In this document: positions 51,560 through 64,000 of the stretch, piece after piece
Numbering within the stretch: position 1 is the stretch's first letter
Layout of the letters: the number at the start of each line of letters is the position of its first letter
DNA from: the human T2T-CHM13v2.0 reference genome, Homo sapiens
Direction: 5' to 3' (one strand)
Length of the DNA stretch: 64,000 nucleotides
NCBI RefSeq assembly: GCF_009914755.1
Contig: NC_060942.1
Made by a program: the position numbers and the translations under genes
The notes under the pieces: model-generated
Seen by the model: only the letters and a program-made list of their open reading frames with translations
Databases searched by the model: none
Told to the model about the DNA's origin: nothing

Positions 51560-52100
51560 AGTATCTTTTAGGAGTGTGTTTGGTTACAATGAATAGAATA
51601 CCTTACTACAGTGGTTAAACAAATGGAAACTTGTTTTTCCTCATAAAGCAAAATATCTGCAGACAGACAGTTCAGCTGGTACAGCTCTCAAAGATATAGG
51701 TGCGTTCTATCTTACTGCATTGACTTTCTTAGTGTAATGGCTTTGGTGCTTATGTTTGGCACCTCTTAGTCATGAGTTGACTGCTGTATCCTCAGGCAGC
51801 AAGAAAGAGAAAGAACTCGCAAGTGAAGTGCATGCCAGCCAACTTTCCTTCTTATAAGGTAAGCAAAAATCTTTCCAAGGGCATGATTCAACTGACTTCT
51901 GTAGCCAGAATTTGGTGATATGGTCACCCTTAGATCAATTACAGGTCACGAGGAAGATTACTGTGATTGGTTTAGACCCATCATGATTCTATGCCTGGCA
52001 CTTAGGTAAGGTCTCTTCTTACTAAGATCCAGGGGTCTCTGGGGCCATCTAAACAAATCTGGTTAGCATGGAGGAAGTGAGTAGGATGGAGAGGCTGGAT
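51560..52100 (-). mobile_element. Old MaLR LTR (MLT1J/K-like)
   Basis: cagtggttaaacaaatgga...tggtgatatggtcaccc...gattggtttagacccatcatgatt. Confidence 0.6.
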
Positions 52101-53232
52101 AGTGGTGAGCTATGGGGACAGAACCTGCTACAACCACTCTTCAAATATTCAAATATTGCTCTCAAATCTCCTTGATTTTCTCTCCTCAGTGCTAAAATGC
52201 ATTCAGTTTCTTTACTTAATTCTCCTTATTTTAGTTGGCCTCCTGTGTATGGCTCTAGCGTGTGCCTGGAACTCAGCTCAGTCTTCCCAATGTGCTTGGT
52301 GCTGGTGTGCAGCCAGTAGGACTATTCCTTTATGGTCAGACTCTGCATTTTCATCCAGATTTTTGGTTTTTGTGGCAGTAATATTGTGGGCTGACCCTTG
52401 CAGAATTTGTGACCAGTTCTTCAGTTTCACAGGTACTACCCATAGGTCATATCTACTATCCAATGTTTGTGTGATTGATTTTTTAAGAAAACCTAAATAA
52501 GGCCTGCAATGTGCTGACCTGGGGAAACCAATGTATTAAAATACAGTAAGGACTTATTTTGGTTAACCATAAACAGCTGTTCAATAATGAAAATAGAGGA
52601 CTAAGACATGAATTTTATAAAAAGACTTCTAAAATTTCTGTAAAAACCATAGGTAGCATTGATATATTTATTACTGCATATGGATTTAAAGGAAAAACTG
52701 TCACCTCTTTATGTTTCTTTTTGCCTCCCCTGAAACACTTTTTTTCTGGCACATTATTGCGTGCTAACACTAGGCCACACCAAATCAATTTGATTTATGC
52801 TGTAACAGAGTAGAAAATAGAAAGCAAGGTACAATGTACAATGACTTTAGTATATGCAGTAATAAGTCTGTAATGGAGAGCTAATACTTTTGGAACACAC
52901 TCTTCCATAAAATTTTAGGAAATATGGAATTCTGGTTGTAAAGTGCTTTTTAGTTTAAAGCATTTTTATCCAATATAGGATTAGTATACCTTGAAAAGTT
53001 GAAGTGTTAACAGTTATACTGTAGTGATCACATTTGATTTTCCACATTTGGTTACCCAGCATGTATCCAGCCATTTCTAGGATTGTCATAAAATATGGAC
53101 TATGAATATGAATGTCTTCAATTCACTTTGTATAGAGACGAATAGATATAAAGCTAGATATAGACGACATGTAAAAATTATAGAAAGAGTGAGATATATT
53201 ATGAAAATCTGTATCCAGAATAAGATACTTAG

Positions 53233-53602
53233 TACCACGGTTTGAATGTCCCCTCCAAAAATCATGTTGAAATTTAATTGCCATTATAAAAGTATTAAGA
53301 GGTGAGGCCTTTAAGAGGGGATTAGGCCATGAGGGCTCTGTCCTCATAAATAGATAAATGCCTTTATGGAGGTAATGGGTTCCTGATAAAAAAGATGTAT
53401 CCAGCCCAATTTCCTCTCTCTGTCTCATGTGCTTGCTTGCCCTTCTGCCATGATATGACATAGCATGAAGGTCCTTGTCAGATGTCAACACCGTGCCCTT
53501 GGACTTTCCCGTCCCCAGAACCATGAGCCAAATAAACTTATTTTCTTTATAAATTACCTAGTCTGTGATATTCTGTTAAACAGCAGAAAATGAACTAAGA
53601 TA
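53233..53602 (+). mobile_element. MaLR LTR (MST-type)
   Basis: ggtttgaatgtcccctccaaaaatcatgttgaaatttaatt...gagccaaataaac...gcagaaaatgaactaaga. Confidence 0.9.
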
Positions 53603-54189
53603 CCTGGTATCTGAATTATAAATCACAGGTACATTTTATAATGTGGCTTTATAAGCTTTGCAATTACTCATCAGCATAGTAAGCATGTGGGTTTTAAGGC
53701 CTGTCAAGCTGTTCTGAATGTTAGAATTTCTTCACAATCTGAGCGATTACTCTCATTGACTCTATAAGAAGCCATTGAGATGGTGACGAGAGTATTTATT
53801 TCACAAAGCTTATGAATAGCTCTCTGAGCAACCTGAAAAGAACAAGGTTGGTTTCCAAGCCAACATACAAAATTGAAAGGCTCATGTGTTAGAAGACTTT
53901 TAAAAGTACACTGTTGTCCATGGAATGTGAACATGATGGCATTCTGTGAGTGAGTTATGCCAGCGCATCCAAATGAACATATAAAATAACAATTAAAGAA
54001 AAACAGAATTAAAAACAATATGTACACACTACTTACAATCATATAAAATACATGTAGACATTAAATATAGGATAACTTATAGAGATATAATTAAGAACTT
54101 AAGGTTTTGCAAGTTCTTTCTGTATCTTTCAAAAGTAAGTTGGTGGCTCACTCTGGCTGTGGCTGAGTGAAGAGAGTGGCAAATTCTGT

Positions 54190-58620
<4,431 letters not shown>

Positions 58621-58727
58621 GTTCTAGGTAAGATAATTCATGTCTCTGATTGCCTAGGATGGTCCTAACTTATCTCTACTATCCTGCCTTTACATGTAGT
58701 TTGTAATTTTCCTGAGTTTTAATGTTT

Positions 58728-58870
58728 TTATTTTTATTTATTTATTTGTTTGTTTAAAGATGGGGTCTCAGTATGTTGCCCAGGCTGGTCTCAAACTCCC
58801 AGCCTCAAGCGATCCTTCCAGCTCAGCCTCTCAAGTAGCTGGGATTACAGGTGAGCATCACTGTACCCAG
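58728..58870 (-). mobile_element. FLAM/Alu monomer
   Basis: gatggggtctcagtatgttgcccaggctggtctcaaactcc. Confidence 0.9.
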
Positions 58871-59489
58871 ACTGACTTTTTATTTTAAATAAAGTATTTT
58901 TATTATTAATTGAGTTAAATGAAGCCAAGTATTTGGTAAACCTGTTGATTAGAAGAACTTCTTCCAAGGCTGTATAGCAGTGATTGGAATTCTCACTTTC
59001 ATATGTTAGTAATTTTGAAAAAGGACCAGAAATAATCCCACTCTCTTCTCCTGGGTTTCTTTTCCCATTCTTTCTAGATGGAATATAACTAGCATCTCCC
59101 TTTCAAGGATAGCACGCAGGGCATTCAGTGATAAAACTAAGTGCAGTGGGGTATGAGCAGCTCAGAACAGCTCATTCCTTCAGATCTAGGGAGGTATTTG
59201 ATGTGACTGCCCCTGCTGGTCACTTGGTGTGCCATCTAGTTGTGCCATGGCTCCAGCTGCAGTTTATGAGATGTGCAAAGCTGGTAGACCATTAGTCTGC
59301 ACCATCCAATGGAAATAAAGCAGATTTTAGGTTATGTGTGTGTAAAAAATGTGGGGGAAATAGGATCTGAGCAGTCGGTCTGTAGGGCATAGTCCAAATG
59401 CTCTTGTTAGAGTAATCTTGTTACTTACTGTATGGGGGGCATCACAAATATTGCTTTATTTTTATTTGTTAATATTTCTCTAAAATTTT

Positions 59490-60600
59490 ACATTAAATGC
59501 TTTCAGCAGCAAGGAGGTTAAAAATTAAGTGCATGATTAATAAAAAATTAAGTGCTGAGTTTCTATTTCTTAAGAAAGTTGATGTTGAAAGGTTAAGTGA
59601 CACAAACTACTGGTTGGCATTCAAAGTGCTACAGTGGTAACATTGTCAAAACTGCTGAAGAAATGTTACCATCTGCTTCCAAGTTAGTAGTTAAGTAGTG
59701 TAGTGGGTTGAATGGTAGTCCACCCAAAATGTATGTATACTCAGAACCTGTGAAAGTGACCTAATTTTTAAAAAGAGGTCTTACCTGCAGATGTAATTAA
59801 GGATCTCAAGATGAAATCATTCTGGATGATCCAGGTGAGCCCTAAATCCTATGACAAGTGTCATTCTAAGACAGAGAAGAGGAGACAGAGACATGGAGGA
59901 GAAGGCCATATGAAGATGAAGATGGAGATGGAGTGCTGTGGCCACAAGCAAAGCTGACAGCCACCAGAAGCTGGAAGGAGCAAGGAGCGATTGTCACCCA
60001 GAGCCTTCAGTGGGAGTGTGGCCCTGTGGACACTTTGATTTTGGACTTCTGGCCTCCAGAACTGTAAGAATAAATTCTGTTCTTTTAAGCCACCATGTTT
60101 GTAGCAATTGGTTATGCAAACTTAAAAGACAAATAACAAGTAGTCTCAATGATTCAACACATGAACCTACAGCAGGAAGGTTACATATTACCCCGTGAAG
60201 CATAATTTCTCACTTTGACTACGTATCTGTTTTTCTAAATCCACTTAATCCTTTTCATTCTAAATTTTCTTTGTATGTAAGAAAATGAAGCTGTACTCTA
60301 AATGAATTGTCTCCATTTGCAGGAAAAGAACTTTGCACACAGTTAAATGATGCCAGATTTTCATCACTGTCATCAGATGCGTTATAAAGAAAATTAGTTA
60401 ATTTCAGTAATGTCTGGATTTATTTTATCCAATTCACGGAATTAATCTCATTCATGGAAGCTCCCCGTCACAGTGGGGACATCTGACATTATTTCAAATG
60501 CTACTGTAAAATAAGACAACAAGTCCAACATTGAAGAGAGATATATATATGTATATATATATTTTTTTTTTGCAGAGTTGATACAAATATAAATATACAC
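59490..60600 (+). mobile_element. hAT (Blackjack-like) transposase relic interrupted by an MLT1
   Basis: Frame from 60301 reads NELSPFAGKELCTQLNDARFSSLSSDAL*; VKHNFS upstream; ttttgcagagttgatacaaat resembles the FCxDNTN motif. Confidence 0.6.
59699..60122 (+). mobile_element. MaLR LTR (MLT1B/C/D-like)
   Basis: tgtagtgggttgaatggtagtcc...cttctggcctccagaactgtaagaataaattctgttcttttaagccacc. Confidence 0.9.
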
Positions 60601-61284
60601 ATTTTGTCAGTGGTGATGGAGCGGGGTGGGTGGGGAGGTTGCTGAGCAGTGCGTTGATGTTCAACAGGTTTCACAGCCACCTCCAAAGCAGTGCAATCCA
60701 GATGAAGGACAGAGAAGTTATGAAGGATGCGTTCACCAACTTGTAGTCGCCAGGCAATGGACGGGCACACTCAGGACCCATTGGGACAGATGCAGCACAG
60801 TGCAAAGCCAGCAATGGTAATTAGAACAACCTCTGCAGATTCACCCTCCCTCTCTCGCTCCCTCCCTCCCTCCTTCTTTCCTTCCTTCTTTCATCATTTT
60901 ATTATGTGAATTTTCAAAATTATGAAAGCCAGAATAGTACAATGAACCTTATGTCCCTGTCACCTAGCATCAATATCAATATGGATATCTTGCTAAATTT
61001 GTTCAATCTATCTCCCTCCAACCTTTGCTTTTTGCTAAGGTAGTTTAAAATAAATCCCAGAACCATGCCACTTCACCCATAAATGCTACATTATTATGAA
61101 TGATTTCTTTCTGCTAGTGAAACTAATGAATATTTATTATAGACAATTCAGATAAGCATAAAGGGGAAATTAAAGTTGCCCACACTCCTACAATCTACAT
61201 CACTGTTAATTTTTGATGTTTTTTGATCTAGTCCTTTAAATTACGTGTATGTGTGAATATATATATTTAATATATCCTATCTAT

Positions 61285-61770
61285 CAGTATGTTAATCAGT
61301 GAGAAGGCCTTCTGTAACAGAAAACCCAGTTCACACTTGCTTAAACAAGAAGTGGAACTTTTTTGGCTTATATACTTGAAACATTCAGTGGCAGGGTAGG
61401 TTTCATGCCTGGCTTGATTAGACCTCCTGCTCAGTTTCTTCATCGTTCTCTAGTGACTCTTGTATATTGATTGGCTTTATTCTCGGGCTGGCTTCCCTTC
61501 TGGCAACAAGACTAGGATTCAGGCTCTCACATCCATCTTCACAGGGAGGAAGAGCCCCACTTCTCATAGCTTTTGCATAAGAGTCCTGAGCTCTACTTGG
61601 ATTGGCCCACTTGTGAACTAATCACTAAAACAAGGGACCCGAGAATACCCTGTTTGAACAACTTGGATCCTTGGGAGGTAGGGGCGGGAGGATGCACCCA
61701 AACACCATGTCTTCACCCAATGGTGGAGGTGTTAAGAGATGGCATGGACGTTGGGGAGGAAGCCTTAACG
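61285..61770 (-). mobile_element. Old MaLR LTR (MLT1-type)
   Basis: gtaacagaaaacccagttcacacttgcttaaacaa...ttggctttattctcgggctggctt. Confidence 0.6.
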
Positions 61771-62118
61771 TGTATTATCCTATGCCTTCTTACTTTATGT
61801 ATGTATCTATTTATATTCTCCCTGTCTCTTTAAATCTTGGAAATTTAGTTCGCCTCCCTCCCCTTTTCACATTCAAGATAAACACACAATGCCCACTGCA
61901 AGCTACATGAATTTCTGGGGTTTGGGAGGTGAGGGGAAGGTGGCCACTTTGGGCTCTTCCTTCCTCCTTCTGCTGGACTCTTGCTCTCTACTCTGTGACT
62001 TGCACTGACCCCAGTTGTGGAATTTGCCCCTTCCTTGCATATCCCAAGAGAAACAACTTATATAAAATATTTGCATATCTGGTAGACTCCACTTAAGGTT
62101 TAGGGCATTTGAGGAGGG

Positions 62119-62316
62119 AGGGTTCTCAACAGGGGTGATTTTGCCACTCGAAGGACATTTGGCAACAACTAGAGACGCTTTTGATTGTTACAACATTTTT
62201 GGTTGTTACAAGTGCTACTGTCATTTAAGATAGTAGAGACCAAGGATGCTGCAAGGCACAGGACAGCCCTCCCCAAATGAGTTATCCTCTCTATGTGTCT
62301 TTGTTGAGAAGCTCTG
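62119..62316. mobile_element. MER20-like hAT-Charlie element
   Basis: ggttctcaacaggggtgattttgcc...ggacatttggcaa...gcacaggacagccc...gttgagaagctctg. Confidence 0.8.
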
Positions 62317-62699
62317 CTTTAAGATATCTGGAAGTCCTGGGGCCATACTTGATGGTGCTTGGCAGTTCCCTCCGATTCCTTTCTACGTTCCTTCTTCATT
62401 GCTTTTCCTCATCCATAATTCCTCTTTATTTCTAATACAGAGCTAGCTAGCTATTCCCTTATGTTTTCATCCTCCAGTAGACCTTGCTTTCAGGCTCATA
62501 CCTCCACCCCAAGATATTTAATGAAGTGTCTTCCTAAGCAAATATAGTACAGTCTCTAAGAGAAATTTTATTGCTGTTTGTTAAGATAATTCTTATTTCC
62601 AGCTTATTATATACCCACATACTCCAAGTGATACTTGGGATAAAACAGTGGATAGTATTTCTCCACATGCTTTTTAAAGTTAATATTGGGTTTCATGAA

Positions 62700-63460
62700 T
62701 ATTTTTCCATTGCTTACCTAATATGATGCTATTTGCCAAATATTTCTGGGTCTTCTCACTTCTAGGCATGTTGTAAGATTGCACTTCCTGACATCCCTGT
62801 GACTGGTGGGGCCCTGTGCCTAGTTGACAGTGGAAGGAACATGTAACTTCTAGGTGAGACCTTTTAATTACTGATCTGATCCCTTTCAGGGCTCTCTATT
62901 TCCTTACAGTAAGGTGATTATCAACGTTTGAGGTGGAACTCCTCCATCAGCCTGGGTATTTGAGAGACCACAGTGAAAAGAGGACCTTATTGATATGATG
63001 TACACGTGACATGAGAAGTAGACTTTTGTTATTTTATTTATTTTATTATTTATATATGTTTTTTGAGACAGGGTCTTGCTGTTGCCCAGGCTGGGGTGCA
63101 AGTGTGTGATCACAGCTCACTGTAGCCTTGACCGGCTGGGGTGCAAGTGTGTGATCACAGCTCACTGTAGCCTTGACCTGCTGGGCTTTAGTGATCTGTC
63201 CACCTCAGCCACCTAAGTAGCTGAGAACATAGGTGCGCACCACCACACCTGGCTAATTTTGTTTATTTTTTTTGTAGAAACGAGGTCTGATTATGTTGCC
63301 CAGGCTGGTCTCAAACTCCTGAGCTCAAAGGATCTCCTGTCTCAGCCTCCCAAAGTGCTAGGATTACAGGCATGAGCACTGCACCCAGCCCCAACTTCGG
63401 TTATTTTAAACCATTGGAACCTCGGGGTGGTTTGTTACTGCATAGCCTAGTCTATCCTCA
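62700..63460 (+). mobile_element. MLT1 (H/I-like) LTR with a nested Alu
   Basis: aagattgcacttcctg...catgagaagtagacttttgttatt | Alu | gttattttaaaccattgga...tttgttactgcatagcctagtctatcct. Confidence 0.7.
63030..63391 (-). mobile_element. Alu (AluJ-like) with an internal 45 bp tandem duplication
   Basis: gagacagggtcttgctgttgcccaggc...ggattacaggcatgagcactgcacccagcc. Confidence 0.95.
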
Positions 63461-63489
63461 TGGATACATCTGATACCTCTTCATCACTT

Positions 63490-64000
63490 TAGTTCAGAGG
63501 CTTCCTCCTCCTCATCAGATGAGGGTGACTGCATCCATGATCATAGGGGTTCATCCTAATTAGTCTACAGCAATAATTGTCATCTGCTGTTCTTTCCAGT
63601 GAGTAGCTTAGGGGTGGGCACATGGCTCTTTTGAGAGATAATGAGAGGTCTGCTGGGGCTTCTGAGAAAAGCTTCCCTGATCCTAGACAAGAGACCCGAA
63701 GAAAAAGTCCTTGAGGCCTCTGGACATTGCATTTGTTGGATGTGGTGCCTGGAGCTTTGTAGCCATCCTGAAACTGAGAAAAAGATACACATGAGGACAA
63801 ATATGACCCATGAGGGTGGCGGAGCAAGGGTGATGGAAAGAACCTGGCCCTTGATGACATTATTGAGACTTGGAATCAAGCAACCCTGAATCTTCTATCT
63901 CTGGACTTCCTGATATGTGCAATAATAAAAGTCCTTATTTTAAAATCAATTTCAGTGAGGGTTTTATGTTACTTGAAACTGAAAACATTCTAAGTGATAC
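63490..64000 (+). mobile_element. Old MaLR LTR (MLT1J-like)
   Basis: gctggggcttctgagaaaagcttcc...tgatgacattattgag...ctctggacttcctgatatgtg...tgttacttgaaactgaaaacattctaagtgatac. Confidence 0.7.

Noticed and set aside
53704-54042. 112 aa minus-strand ORF with an internal acceptor (tttcag|VAQRAIHKLCEIN...)
   Set aside because: I could not match it to any protein or transposase, and no partner exons were identified.

Overview
This is mammalian, almost certainly primate (human-like) genomic DNA: it contains many Alu copies alongside L1, L2, MIR, MaLR/ERVL LTRs and DNA-transposon relics. It is not prokaryotic, and I found no CRISPR array, operon, rRNA or tRNA. No protein-coding gene can be supported; the supplied ORFs are repeat-derived or chance frames. 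The main organising feature is a CpG island at about 28850-29720 with GC boxes and strong splice donors on both strands. A few well-bounded, apparently non-coding candidate exons accompany it, consistent with an lncRNA or bidirectional-promoter locus. The most notable observations are: (1) a heavily decayed Gypsy-like integrase relic at about 11830-12530, with an in-frame D(59)D spacing; (2) a ~140 bp segment present twice 3.7 kb apart that I cannot assign to a repeat family; (3) several templated-insertion or template-switch scars (a 76 bp near-identical copy, an LTR snippet inside an MLT1, a hairpin inside an Alu, a 45 bp tandem duplication inside an Alu); (4) an AT-rich inverted repeat and a 13/14 bp minisatellite. 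Repeat subfamily names come from recalled consensus sequences and boundaries are approximate. I cannot support a novel multi-gene system in this window.
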